Below, one piece after another: positions 1 through 9,551 of a DNA stretch of 39,673 nucleotides. Origin of the DNA: a virus (lineage: Duplodnaviria; Heunggongvirae; Uroviricota; Caudoviricetes); IMG/VR virus record IMGVR_UViG_3300045988_165115, one strand, 5' to 3'. The notes beneath the pieces are model-generated. The model did no database searches. It was not told the origin of the DNA and saw only the letters and a program-made list of their open reading frames with translations. A program made the position numbers and the translations under genes. Positions within the stretch are counted from its first letter, which is position 1. The number at the start of each line of letters is the position of its first letter.

Positions 1-26
1 GGTAGCTCCCTCTGACAAAAGCAGGA

Positions 27-416
27 ATGATGCCATTTTCTCGTTATTTCTGCATTTTCATAAACGTTGGTTTGGGAGAATTATCTCTGGCTGGCACTGC
101 ATCGGGTGTCATTGGTCTGAATGGGTATGTAACGATTCCGTTAATTATTTCAGGTTCCCGGAGAACACTGATTATTCAGTGGGGGCAGGCGAGATTTGGT
201 GGGTCTGGTGGTGAAGATGCCGGATATCTTAATGATTTTCCTTTTGCCTTTCCGTCAGCATGTTATGGAATGATAGTTAGTCATGTGGGGCATACACCTT
301 CAGGCGCAGGAATCCTGTCGGCTTCTGCAATTACATCAAATCAGTTCCGCGGTTTTTCAAGCATAGCGACTGCTGCAAATGCTGTATTAGGTCGTTATAT
401 CGCTATAGGGGGTTAA
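27..416 (+). CDS. silent alternative tail-fibre C-terminal cassette (inverted orientation); the functional part begins at the crossover site near 60-80, and the ATG at 27 is probably not a real start
   Basis: Gly/Ser-rich fibre-tip-like translation; encodes NVGLGE at the crossover site, matching NLGLRE in the expressed fibre gene on the minus strand. Confidence 0.55.
   Translation: MMPFSRYFCIFINVGLGELSLAGTASGVIGLNGYVTIPLIISGSRRTLIIQWGQARFGGSGGEDAGYLNDFPFAFPSACYGMIVSHVGHTPSGAGILSASAITSNQFRGFSSIATAANAVLGRYIAIGG
58..83. repeat. hix/gix-like inversion crossover site, left copy of an inverted pair
   Basis: Its reverse complement AATTCTCCCAAACCAACGTTTATGA closely matches TTCTCTCAAACCAAGGTTTTGAAG at 1585-1608; the shared core AAACCAAGGTTT resembles Hin/Gin/Pin recombination sites. 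Confidence 0.6.
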
Positions 417-417
417 T

Positions 418-855
418 ATGTTTTATAGTCCATCATTAAACATTTTTGTGAATCCTGCGCTTAAGGATGATTACATTAATGCAAATTCATGGCCAGATGA
501 TGCTCTGGCTGTCAGTGATGATGTTTATAATGAATTTGCAATCAATACGCCCCCATATGACAAAATTCGTGTTGCAGGAAAAAATGGATTACCCACATGG
601 GCACTAATACCTCCACCATCGCATGAAGAACTTATTCAACAGGCAGAATCAGAAAGGCAATTATTGCTTAATCAGGCCAACGAATACATGAACAGTAAAC
701 AATGGCCCGGTAAAGCCGCTATTGGTCGTCTGAAAGACGAGGAACTGGCACTATATAATTTGTGGCTGGATTACCTGGACGCACTGGAACTGGTGGATAC
801 CTCCAGTGCTCCAGATATTGAATGGCCTACACCTCCGGTAACTCAGGCCAGCTAA
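418..855 (+). CDS. tail fibre assembly protein (Tfa-like), alternative copy inside the invertible segment
   Basis: C-terminal motif [22 protein letters not shown] parallels [22 protein letters not shown] in the minus-strand Tfa; tail-to-tail with that gene. Confidence 0.75.
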   Translation: MFYSPSLNIFVNPALKDDYINANSWPDDALAVSDDVYNEFAINTPPYDKIRVAGKNGLPTWALIPPPSHEELIQQAESERQLLLNQANEYMNSKQWPGKAAIGRLKDEELALYNLWLDYLDALELVDTSSAPDIEWPTPPVTQAS

Positions 856-1252
856 TCTCAGGAGCCGTCGAAGTGTCGACGGCTTTTACTTCTTTTTTGT
901 AGTCCATCCAGGCGGATAGTTTTTCTTTATCTGTACTGCTGATATCACCAAGCATTAATTCCACTCGCCAGTCAGCTGTGACATTATCGGCATGAGCAAG
1001 TAACTGCATTCGCTGATTTTCAGCACGTGCGACATAATCAATCGCCGGAGATTTCAGTACCGGTAAACCATTTTCATCTGACGTGATTAATTTACCCCCT
1101 TCCTGCTGTCCGGCAATTAATTCATTGTATAAGTCTGTACTTATCTCAACAATGTCAGCAGGCATGTCGCTGTTTATACCATCAAAGAAAAAACCATTAG
1201 TCGATTTTGAGAAATAAATCATAGATATACCTATACACCGATTGCTACCCAA
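827..1252 (-). CDS. tail fibre assembly protein (Tfa-like), currently expressed orientation
   Basis: 141 aa; conserved Tfa C-terminal motif; start overlaps the end of the upstream fibre gene. Confidence 0.75.
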   Translation of the reverse strand: MGSNRCIGISMIYFSKSTNGFFFDGINSDMPADIVEISTDLYNELIAGQQEGGKLITSDENGLPVLKSPAIDYVARAENQRMQLLAHADNVTADWRVELMLGDISSTDKEKLSAWMDYKKEVKAVDTSTAPEISWPELPEV

Positions 1253-1887
1253 AAACAGGACCTTTCATATTTGACAATTTCTCCCTGAGATATACCGCCA
1301 ACAATTATATAGAACTGTGATTTGGTGATATCAGAACAGTTCGCAATGCCCATTGCAGATATACCCGCCACCGACGTTGTATGTGGTACAGCCAACAGCG
1401 CAAGTGAACGACTTGGGAATGTTACCGGGTAAGTCACCGTATAGTTTGATGCTCCACTGACTATACCCCACTGAATAATCAGACCTGAAGGGAGTTTTTG
1501 AAAACCCGTTGATGAAAGTGAACTGGCAAACGCCGCCATATCCGGAATTTGGTTTTGCTCGTTACCCACATTTCGTTTTGCCGCTTCTCTCAAACCAAGG
1601 TTTTGAAGAGCCGTTTTCACCGTGCCGTCCGATTTGATATCGCCAAACGGATTTTTGCGACTTAACAGCAGCGCACGAAGCGCGGTAAGCAGCTGGTCAT
1701 GCCGCCCCTTCTCCAGGCTGGCACCGGATGCCTCCACCACGCTGCAGAGCTCTTCCTGCAACATGTCAAAGTAGTCATCATCCAGATCGGTGGCAGGCGT
1801 GCCGGTCTGGGGGTTACCACGGGTAAAACCGTTCTTACCCGCGCCGAACTTATCCTTCTGCGCGGTTTTCGTGTCTATACGATGCAT
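1231..1887 (-). CDS. short side tail fibre protein; the crossover site lies inside it at the constant/variable junction
   Basis: 218 aa directly after the baseplate genes; contains the crossover site at codons about 93-100 (ALQNLGLRE). Confidence 0.7.
   Translation of the reverse strand: MHRIDTKTAQKDKFGAGKNGFTRGNPQTGTPATDLDDDYFDMLQEELCSVVEASGASLEKGRHDQLLTALRALLLSRKNPFGDIKSDGTVKTALQNLGLREAAKRNVGNEQNQIPDMAAFASSLSSTGFQKLPSGLIIQWGIVSGASNYTVTYPVTFPSRSLALLAVPHTTSVAGISAMGIANCSDITKSQFYIIVGGISQGEIVKYERSCFWVAIGV
1585..1610. repeat. hix/gix-like inversion crossover site, right copy
   Basis: TTCTCTCAAACCAAGGTTTTGAAGAG, an imperfect palindrome around AAACCAAGGTTT, inverted relative to the copy at 58-83. 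Confidence 0.6.
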
Positions 1888-1890
1888 GGA

Positions 1891-2475
1891 TTACTCCGGA
1901 TATTTAAAAATTACGTAGGTATGCGACGGGCAGAGTTTGTTAAGCACACATTCGACAACTGTGTCGCCCCAGATACGCAGTGCGGAATCACAGGGATCGC
2001 CACATGTCATCCAGGTGGTGTTGGTGGCGGCTGGGATGTTGACCTGCCCGTAATACCGCCATTCAGGCGCGTTCACAGCGTCAGTACAGGCCGATGAGCA
2101 GGTGAACGTGCTTTTGTCGTATCGCGTGATAGTGGCATCTGGTCTGCCCAGGGCAGCAAGCTGTGCAAGATAAAAATCCTCGTTGATGCCGCCCGCCAGG
2201 TTAACCTTCGCATCCAGCCGTTGCTGACGCTGGCGAAGGGTCTGTGTCCCTGCGGGAATACATTCATCCGGCAGACCGCACAGACGCTCCCAGCGGTTTA
2301 TCAGTTCAGTGGTGGTGCGCGGATCCAGCTCCCGCATCAGGGCATCCGCACGCTGATGAACGCGGGATAATGACGGTGCCGCACCGGCAATCGCCGGATC
2401 GCTGGCTGACCACGCCGGACCGGGGGGCAACAGTGCCGACAACAGACGGATGTAATCATCGTTTGTCACGTCCAT
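1891..2475 (-). CDS. tail/baseplate protein, Mu gp48-like (DUF2313)
   Basis: 194 aa immediately downstream of the baseplate J-like gene; the e14 tail cluster has the same order. Confidence 0.6.
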   Translation of the reverse strand: MDVTNDDYIRLLSALLPPGPAWSASDPAIAGAAPSLSRVHQRADALMRELDPRTTTELINRWERLCGLPDECIPAGTQTLRQRQQRLDAKVNLAGGINEDFYLAQLAALGRPDATITRYDKSTFTCSSACTDAVNAPEWRYYGQVNIPAATNTTWMTCGDPCDSALRIWGDTVVECVLNKLCPSHTYVIFKYPE

Positions 2476-3524
2476 GAAATCGTCCCCAGTACCGCCAGTT
2501 CATTTTTTGCAATGGAGATATTGTCTGCCGGTGCAAGCAACTGATGGCTGTATTCCCCGTTCGCACCGGAAATCGCCTCACTGATACGCGATACCTTCAG
2601 TTCTCCCTGCGGATAACCATCACGCAGCAGGAACGAACGCAACTCCGCGGTGATGGCAGCCCGTATTTCCGGTGTGTCCGGCGTCACACGGATATGAAAA
2701 TCCACCGTATGTGCCACCGGCCTGAACACATACAAATCAGAGCCTGCCACCGGGGCCAGTGGCCCGATATGTTGTCTTGCTGCCGTTTCCGTTGATTCTT
2801 CCGGAATGGGATTAATCAGGTCACTGCTGGCAATCATCACACCGACAGTCCCCGTTCCCATCCAGTGACGGTATGTCCATGCGCGGGTAATGCCGGGCAC
2901 TTCTTTAGCCCAGACGACATAGTCCCTGTCAGCCCCGCCCTGCGGCGTCCAGTAATACCGCTCAATGACGCGGGCTCGCCACGTTTCCAGCTCTTCAGTA
3001 TCAAATCCACCTGTCAGGGTATCTGCCACGCCGGAAGACGGCAGACCATTAACCGGCGTGACCAGGATTAATGACGTACCGTCGTCAGCGTTACCGACCG
3101 CGCCTGCACTTGAGCAGGCGATCGGCACGCGCAGGACACCACCGGAGCTGGTTGCATCGGCAGTTGCCGTGTACTGAACCAGGTCATCGCGCTGAATAAC
3201 ACTCCCGGCGGTCACCTTCAGGCCATCGCTGACACCTTCCCAGCGCATATACCCGCTGGCAGCAGTGGCCCCCTTGCGCGGACACCGTTTCATCGCAGCA
3301 TGTCGCGCCAGCCAGGACTCATCGCACAGGTCAGGCAGCATGTTCATCGCCAGATAATCGATGTACCCGTAAACCGTATGCAGCGCCGCCGCATACACCT
3401 TTGCCCGCACGTCTTCATCCATGCGCCGGAGCGTGTCGCTGACGTCCAGCCTGGCGAATAAATCGTTACGGAGCATACTGATATTTTCTGCCAGCGTCGG
3501 GCGCTGAAATTCACTGTCCGCCAT
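2466..3524 (-). CDS. baseplate J-like protein (Mu gp47 family)
   Basis: 352 aa in a translationally coupled baseplate cluster; size and position fit. Confidence 0.7.
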   Translation of the reverse strand: MADSEFQRPTLAENISMLRNDLFARLDVSDTLRRMDEDVRAKVYAAALHTVYGYIDYLAMNMLPDLCDESWLARHAAMKRCPRKGATAASGYMRWEGVSDGLKVTAGSVIQRDDLVQYTATADATSSGGVLRVPIACSSAGAVGNADDGTSLILVTPVNGLPSSGVADTLTGGFDTEELETWRARVIERYYWTPQGGADRDYVVWAKEVPGITRAWTYRHWMGTGTVGVMIASSDLINPIPEESTETAARQHIGPLAPVAGSDLYVFRPVAHTVDFHIRVTPDTPEIRAAITAELRSFLLRDGYPQGELKVSRISEAISGANGEYSHQLLAPADNISIAKNELAVLGTISWT

Positions 3525-3939
3525 GCGTTATCGCACTCCACAGATCATCAAAAGAAATCATTACCGGTCCGTCACGACGCCAGAGAGTGATACTGTTACC
3601 CAGTTCATTAATCCCAGTGCGGCGGATATCCAGATCAATACGGGACACCACGCCGTCATCAATCATCCATTGCAGGCATTCGCGGATATACCCCCTTACC
3701 GTCTGCACCAGCTGATTGGTCAGTTTGCTGCGCTGAAGCAGCCACAGTCGGGAGCCGTAACGGTCATTCTGTACCGCAGGCCAGGTATCCCCCCACCATC
3801 CCATCGGGACGTCGGCGTTGTCATCAGGCTCCGCCCGCCGCCAGGTAAACAGGGAAATCACCACGGCGCGGGTCAGCGGATCCAGCGGTGCGCTGGCGCA
3901 GGTGCGTTTACCGTTCACCGTCAGCCACAGTTCCATCAT
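3511..3939 (-). CDS. baseplate protein, Mu gp46 / GPW-like
   Basis: 142 aa between the spike and J-like genes; overlapping start/stop coupling. Confidence 0.6.
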   Translation of the reverse strand: MMELWLTVNGKRTCASAPLDPLTRAVVISLFTWRRAEPDDNADVPMGWWGDTWPAVQNDRYGSRLWLLQRSKLTNQLVQTVRGYIRECLQWMIDDGVVSRIDLDIRRTGINELGNSITLWRRDGPVMISFDDLWSAITHGGQ

Positions 3940-4484
3940 GCCTCCATCGCTTTATCAGGTTTGTCGGTGTTACTGCCCTGACCGTTCTCTCTGTGACGAT
4001 GCCCGTTATAGGCAAGCCGCATCGCTGACATGGTAGTGCCGCTGGAGTCGCACAGGTCTTTCACCTGTCCTGTCACTTCCAGGTCCATTTCAAAACGTGC
4101 TTTAGGTGAATTGCGAAACGTGATCGTTTTACCTGCACCGTCCACCACGATCCCCTCCCGGGTCAGCGTCACGGACTGCCCCTGATCGTCATAGACAGCC
4201 ACCTCACCCGTCTGCAGCCCTTTCAGGCGGTAGCGCCGGTCCGACACCGTAACAACCACCGCATGAGAACGGTCGCCATCCGGAAACAACACCACCGCTT
4301 CCGCACCGCTGTTTGCCCTTGCGGTAAAACCGTAGGGTTCAAGATGCTCAACCCCGGCTTTGGGTTCACCGGCAATCAGGGACACATCCACGGTCTGACA
4401 TTTCGTGGCGGCACTGATGCTTTTCACCACGGCCCGCCCAATCAGGCCGAGGAGTTGTCGCTGCATGGCTTCAATCGTCCTCAT
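3936..4484 (-). CDS. baseplate spike / assembly protein V-like (Mu gp45)
   Basis: 182 aa; position after the hub protein; beta-rich translation typical of gpV. Confidence 0.6.
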   Translation of the reverse strand: MRTIEAMQRQLLGLIGRAVVKSISAATKCQTVDVSLIAGEPKAGVEHLEPYGFTARANSGAEAVVLFPDGDRSHAVVVTVSDRRYRLKGLQTGEVAVYDDQGQSVTLTREGIVVDGAGKTITFRNSPKARFEMDLEVTGQVKDLCDSSGTTMSAMRLAYNGHRHRENGQGSNTDKPDKAMEA

Positions 4485-5563
4485 CAGAACGGGTCCTCCT
4501 GTACTCTGGCTTTTTTCTTTTTCCGCGCGCCGGGGGCTTCGGGTTCAGGCAGATAAGCATCAGACGGGCCGACACGGATTTCCGTCAGGGTGCCGTTCTG
4601 GTCCTGAGTAAACGTGACTTCCGAAACAAGCAGTTCGGTATTATCGAAACCACAGACCGGATCGAAGACAATCACCCGCTGGTTAGGCTGCCACAGCGTA
4701 CCGTTACCCTGTCGCCAGCCCTGCACCACATAGGTGGTTTCATCCGTCCGCGCCGCCCGTTGTCGGGCTTCAAAGTCAGCACGGGCAATACAGCCTGCCC
4801 CCGTAGCCTGCCCTGTCTGCCTGATATACATCGGACGGTAACGGGCAATAAATGCGTCCTCTGTGCGGGCCCGCAGCGCGGTGGTGGTAGCCTCACCGAA
4901 ATCATCGTCGTTTCCGGCACGCTGCCCCGCCACCTGGTAAACTGAAAACCGCTCCCGGATACTCTTCTCCGTATCGCAGGAAAGGATGTTTTCCCCGAGT
5001 ACCAGCGCGGTATGTGCCCGCGTTGAGCCAATACCGCCAATCACCAGCCTGCCGTGCGGGTCGTCGTAAGCCAGTGCCTGCTGCTGACCGAGTATTTTGT
5101 TGATCACCTCAATCACCGTTTCGCCGTGATCAGGCTGGACATCAGGAATAACACCCGACGGCGCACCGCTGTTCACCACCTCAATGCCGAAAGGCGCAGC
5201 AAGCGCCTGCGCAATCTGAACCAGCGATCGTCCGTTAAACGGTGTCGGTTCGGCTGCACAGTCAATCAGGTCAGCGGTCAGACTACGCCCGGCAATACCG
5301 GTGCTGACCGAACGGGCATCGTAACGAACGGGGGTCGCTTCCACCCAGCCAGTGATCACCAGCTCATCACCAATCAGCACTTCCACTTTTGAACCGTTTT
5401 TAATACGCGGCTGAAGCGTGGTGATACCCTCATCTCCCGGCCACTGGCGGGTGATCTCCACACTGAAATCCCGCGCCAGCCGTTCAATACCGGCACCGAT
5501 GCGCACCGATGTCCAGCCATTCCACTCCCGGCCATTTACCCGTAGCGTGACGTTATCGTTCAT
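4484..5563 (-). CDS. baseplate hub protein (Mu gpP / gp44-like)
   Basis: 359 aa directly downstream of the DNA circulation protein, as in Mu-like tails. Confidence 0.65.
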   Translation of the reverse strand: MNDNVTLRVNGREWNGWTSVRIGAGIERLARDFSVEITRQWPGDEGITTLQPRIKNGSKVEVLIGDELVITGWVEATPVRYDARSVSTGIAGRSLTADLIDCAAEPTPFNGRSLVQIAQALAAPFGIEVVNSGAPSGVIPDVQPDHGETVIEVINKILGQQQALAYDDPHGRLVIGGIGSTRAHTALVLGENILSCDTEKSIRERFSVYQVAGQRAGNDDDFGEATTTALRARTEDAFIARYRPMYIRQTGQATGAGCIARADFEARQRAARTDETTYVVQGWRQGNGTLWQPNQRVIVFDPVCGFDNTELLVSEVTFTQDQNGTLTEIRVGPSDAYLPEPEAPGARKKKKARVQEDPF

Positions 5564-6930
5564 TGCACTGGCACCTTCAGAGGGATCACCGGCACAAAGC
5601 CGGGATGCGTAATGGCATTACGCCGGATAATGTCCGCGTCACGCGCCGCGTTATCAAACCAGGTCGCCGCCAGCACCAGCGCGGGTAAAACCTCATCCGG
5701 CGTGCGCTGAATGATCCGTGCAGACTGTTCAAGGCGCGTGTTGATATCCGCATTCAGATCTGCTTTCACCCGGCGCAGCGCCAGAAACAGCGCATCACTG
5801 GTTGTACGGGACAACTCCTTATCAATTGCCGTATTCAGTGTGTCGCGAATGTCAGTCAGTTCTTCCCACGTCGGCAGGTCAACCGTGCTTTTCACCGCCG
5901 GTGCATTGTTCAGTGCCGGATGCGTGACGGAAGGCCAGCCAGTGCTCTGCGCGGGTGTTGTTGCCTGCCCCACTGCGGCATTCTGCATCACCGCGGAAGT
6001 TGTTGGCGCAGGCAATCGGGTAACGGCATACGCCGCTTCGCTGATTGCAGTCGTACGAAGGGTGCTGGCAACCACGTTACGCTGCTGCGTCGCCGTGGCG
6101 GTGGTTTTACTGTCCGTTTTCCAGACGCCGCGCGGTTGCAGATCGCTGCCAAGGCTGACACCAGAAAGCGTTTTGATCATGGTGACCAGGTCGCTGGCGT
6201 TACCGTAAAGGCGTTTCCCGGTACGCCACATTTTCTGCACCTGCTCAACGAAATTTTTGCCTGACGATGGTGGCGGCAGAAGTACCGAGATATCCCCCTG
6301 CAACAGCCTGGCCGCATCCGATACGGCAGAATCCACCACTTTCATCGCATCAGAAACATACCCAAGCATTGTGCTGACATTACCAACGACGTCGTTCTGC
6401 ACAAAATCCGCCACGCCATCGATACTGAAACCGCTGAAGCTGTCACTGATGCAGTCATCCAGTGCAGAACAGGATGACATCAGCGTCTGCGCCGTCGCCG
6501 CACCTGATATGGGGTAAGAGAGCTCTCCTGCTTCGACAAACTTTAGGTCAAAGCGGACAATACGCCCTTCACTTTTCGATGTGCTGACCCGAACTTCCCC
6601 GTCAACACAGACTTTCAGCTCACCGTATGTCGGATGGACAAGCGTGCCGGGACCGGGTTTATTCAGCGCGTCAATCAGGCGATCGCGCTGGTCAAAGCAG
6701 TCATCTCCCACCACATAAGCCGTGATGGACGGGCGGAAAGTGATTTTCCCCAGGTCTTCGGTATAGGGTTTGTCGCGGTTCGGGTATTCGTGCGTTTCCA
6801 CACGACGACCGGTTCCCGCACTTTCTTCTTCAACCTTAAACGGCACACCGCGAAATGACGCGTCCTGAAGTCTGTCTTTCCACGTCATATAAACTCCGTA
6901 CATAAAAAATCCCACCGGAGTGGGACTCAT
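5560..6930 (-). CDS. DNA circulation protein (Mu gpN family); real start possibly the internal MTWKDRL
   Basis: N-terminal motif WKDRLQDASFRGVPF...GRRVETHEYPNRDKPYTEDLGK is characteristic of the DNA_circ_N domain; follows the tape measure gene. Confidence 0.75.
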   Translation of the reverse strand: MSPTPVGFFMYGVYMTWKDRLQDASFRGVPFKVEEESAGTGRRVETHEYPNRDKPYTEDLGKITFRPSITAYVVGDDCFDQRDRLIDALNKPGPGTLVHPTYGELKVCVDGEVRVSTSKSEGRIVRFDLKFVEAGELSYPISGAATAQTLMSSCSALDDCISDSFSGFSIDGVADFVQNDVVGNVSTMLGYVSDAMKVVDSAVSDAARLLQGDISVLLPPPSSGKNFVEQVQKMWRTGKRLYGNASDLVTMIKTLSGVSLGSDLQPRGVWKTDSKTTATATQQRNVVASTLRTTAISEAAYAVTRLPAPTTSAVMQNAAVGQATTPAQSTGWPSVTHPALNNAPAVKSTVDLPTWEELTDIRDTLNTAIDKELSRTTSDALFLALRRVKADLNADINTRLEQSARIIQRTPDEVLPALVLAATWFDNAARDADIIRRNAITHPGFVPVIPLKVPVQ

Positions 6931-6948
6931 TAACAGATTAATTTTTCA

Positions 6949-8784
6949 TTACCTGCCAAAGCGCGTATAGCCAACATCATGGCTGACATCAAAACCGCTG
7001 GATCGCGTTTCCATAACCCGCATACCCGGAGGCGAATTCACAAAAGAGACCTTGATCTCACCATCAACTTTTGGCGCAGAAGCTTTGTTAATCATGAAGG
7101 GATTCGGGCCTGTGGCATCGGAGGCGTTGTTTGACTGAGCCAGATCTACCGCCGGATAAGGTGTGTATCCCCGCGCCGGTATTCCCGTCCCATAAGCATC
7201 ATAAGCACCCGCGCCCCACTGCGCAGAGTTAATGGCATCGACCGTGTCACCGGAACTGTCGGTAAACCACTCAATAATTGGCTTCAGCTTGTCCCACATA
7301 TCCTGAAACCACTTAACAACCGGCCCCCAGTTATTGATCACCATACCCAGCGGCGACCAGGCAAAAACTTTCTTAAGGAGTTCCCAGCCAGCCTCAAAAT
7401 AAGGACCAATGGTTTCCCAGAGTTTCTTAAAATAAGGTCCGACAACATCCCAGTTAGTGATAATTAATCCCGCAGCCAGGGCTATCGCCGTCGCAATCAT
7501 GCCAATCGGCGTCATCGACATAATCCTGCTGACAATACTGATGGCACCGCCAACGCCCATCAATCCCAGTTTCAGAATCGCAAGACCGGCAGCAAGCCCG
7601 ACGACGCCGCGAATAACCCGGGGATTTTCATCCGCAAACTTCGTGAATTTTTCCCCCAACTCCCCCAGCCACTGCGTGATGTTTTTAGCGTCATCAGAAA
7701 ATGCGCCACCAATAGCCGCAAGGCCGTTAGTTGCGGTCCCCGTCATTGCCTCCCACAGGTTGGACAGCGTACCAAGCTGTGCCTGAACACGTTTATTCAG
7801 GCTGGCCTGTTTATTCATCTTTTGCTGGATCTGATCGTAACCATCCTTTCCTTTATCGATCAGCGCATTGACCACCTGAAGGGTTTCGGCATCATCACCA
7901 AATATTGCCTTAAGTACACCTGTTCGCTTAACGTCGGTCAGTTTTCGCAGCTTTGTCAGTTGCTTAAACATGTTATCAAGACCGCCAAAACTTCCTTTGC
8001 TGTCAGTAAAATCGAGCTGTACCCCGAGTTTCTGGCGGGCCATGACTTTATTGACGTCCCTGATTTTCTTAACGCTTAATCCAGACTGAATAACTTTTCG
8101 CAGGGCATTACCTGCCGACTCCCCGTTCATCCCCATCTGATCCATCATGACGCTGATGGGGGCAAGGCTCTGGGCAGCCTGAAGACCGTCCTTATTCACC
8201 ATCTTCAGAATAGAACTGGTTTTAGTGAAAAAGGACAACATGTTGGTATCGTCAACGCCCAGATAAAACGCCTTCTGAATTGTGTCGAACAGCCCCATCA
8301 TGTCTTCTGATGCCGTTCCGGTAGCATCCTGCATCTTTGCGGCAAACTCAGCAGCCGCTTCCGGTGTTTTTTTCAGTTGTATCGCAAGATAAGCCGTCGC
8401 TTTACCCACACCGCCAAGAATGTTTTCTGCCGGGATCCCCTGACGCACCAGCATCTGCATCATATTCTGAAAATCAGCCGTTGTGCCGGGTAGCTGGTTA
8501 CCCAGGCCAATAGCCAGTTTATTGATGTCCTGAAAGCTCTTTCCGACCTCACCGTTCGCATCCATCATGGCAACTTTCAGCCCGGTGGCGGCGTTTTCCT
8601 GATCGGCATAAGATTTCAGGGAAAGCGTCAGACCCGCTGCCAGCCCGCCACCAAGCGCCAGCCCACCCTGTGACGCTTCTTCCGCCTGACGTTTAAATCC
8701 CCGGATTTTCTTTTGCATTTTCGACAGTGCGGGAGAAAGCCTGTCGACACCGGTGATCAACGCCTTAAGCTCAAATTCAGCCAT
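6949..8784 (-). CDS. tail tape measure protein
   Basis: 611 aa, Ala/Gly-rich with internal hydrophobic segments, located between the chaperone and baseplate genes. Confidence 0.8.
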   Translation of the reverse strand: MAEFELKALITGVDRLSPALSKMQKKIRGFKRQAEEASQGGLALGGGLAAGLTLSLKSYADQENAATGLKVAMMDANGEVGKSFQDINKLAIGLGNQLPGTTADFQNMMQMLVRQGIPAENILGGVGKATAYLAIQLKKTPEAAAEFAAKMQDATGTASEDMMGLFDTIQKAFYLGVDDTNMLSFFTKTSSILKMVNKDGLQAAQSLAPISVMMDQMGMNGESAGNALRKVIQSGLSVKKIRDVNKVMARQKLGVQLDFTDSKGSFGGLDNMFKQLTKLRKLTDVKRTGVLKAIFGDDAETLQVVNALIDKGKDGYDQIQQKMNKQASLNKRVQAQLGTLSNLWEAMTGTATNGLAAIGGAFSDDAKNITQWLGELGEKFTKFADENPRVIRGVVGLAAGLAILKLGLMGVGGAISIVSRIMSMTPIGMIATAIALAAGLIITNWDVVGPYFKKLWETIGPYFEAGWELLKKVFAWSPLGMVINNWGPVVKWFQDMWDKLKPIIEWFTDSSGDTVDAINSAQWGAGAYDAYGTGIPARGYTPYPAVDLAQSNNASDATGPNPFMINKASAPKVDGEIKVSFVNSPPGMRVMETRSSGFDVSHDVGYTRFGR

Positions 8785-8959
8785 GTGTGCGTTTCTCCTG
8801 CTCTATCCTGTTTGCCTGACTGACCAGTAAGGGAATTTCACTGATCGGCATATTCAGCAATTCGAAGGGATTAATGCGCCAGTAGCTGGCGCAGTCAAAG
8901 AAGCGATCAGTGAGGTATTCAGCCGTCAGGCCTGGAGGAAAAAACCGGCCACAAGCCAC
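8777..8959 (-). CDS. tail assembly chaperone -1 frameshift extension (lambda GT-like)
   Basis: Frame -1 relative to the 89-aa ORF; the slippery heptamer lies on the minus strand at plus coordinates 8938-8944; the extension ends where tape measure begins. Confidence 0.5.
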   Translation of the reverse strand: MACGRFFPPGLTAEYLTDRFFDCASYWRINPFELLNMPISEIPLLVSQANRIEQEKRTHG

Positions 8960-9195
8960 GCCGCCGCATTCAGATCTGCGGGAGACATCTGGTCGACAGA
9001 GCTTTGCGGCACTTTCGCCAGCCGCACAATGTATTTCGACACCACATGCGCCAGAAGTCTGACGGACTCATCCTGATTCATCTGGTAGGGATACCCCAGC
9101 TCGCGGACATCCTTCCCGGTGGGCTCATCAAACTCCAGTACGGAGAGTGTCTCGCCATGAGCAGTAATCGATTTCTTTAACTCAAGCTCTTTCAT
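8926..9195 (-). CDS. tail assembly chaperone, upstream frame (lambda G-like)
   Basis: 89 aa between tail tube and tape measure; ends just after a slippery T_TTT_TTC heptamer. Confidence 0.6.
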   Translation of the reverse strand: MKELELKKSITAHGETLSVLEFDEPTGKDVRELGYPYQMNQDESVRLLAHVVSKYIVRLAKVPQSSVDQMSPADLNAAAWLVAGFFLQA

Positions 9196-9551
9196 TACTG
9201 GTAATCCCCTTCTTCACCGTGGAACTCAATATCGACCGTGCCTTCTTCGGCATTATGGTTCGCTTCGCCGTGCAGCCAGGCAGACGACAGTACATAGACC
9301 TGACCGTTCGCCAGCTCGGCAGTGATGGTCATCTCATCAGACGAGGTGATTTTGCTCACCGGAAAATTCTTCGGCACCTTGAAGGTCCCTTTAACATAAG
9401 GCGCACGGTGAGTTTCCTTGCGGTCCACTGAACCATCCAGGCCGATGATGTCATCATTGACCGTCCTGTTCATGGGCACCTCAATGCCGCCGGTCAGCGA
9501 TAGCTGCTGACCGTCAATTTTGAAATAACAGGTTCCCCCGATACGGGCCAT
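9195..9551 (-). CDS. tail tube protein (Mu gpM-like)
   Basis: 118 aa immediately downstream of the sheath gene with a 1-nt overlap. Confidence 0.7.
   Translation of the reverse strand: MARIGGTCYFKIDGQQLSLTGGIEVPMNRTVNDDIIGLDGSVDRKETHRAPYVKGTFKVPKNFPVSKITSSDEMTITAELANGQVYVLSSAWLHGEANHNAEEGTVDIEFHGEEGDYQ

Noticed and set aside
1699-2097. 132-aa plus-strand ORF
   Set aside because: Antisense to the tail-fibre and gp48-like genes, no ribosome binding site, GC-rich alternate-frame artefact.
3523-3981. 152-aa plus-strand ORF
   Set aside because: Lies entirely antisense within the baseplate genes; Pro/Arg/His-rich composition typical of spurious frames in GC-rich DNA.
5711-6264. Plus-strand ORFs of 165 and 114 aa
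   Set aside because: Antisense to the DNA circulation protein gene; low-complexity translations.
7457-8079. Plus-strand ORFs inside the tape measure gene
   Set aside because: Antisense to a well-supported 611-aa gene; no start context.
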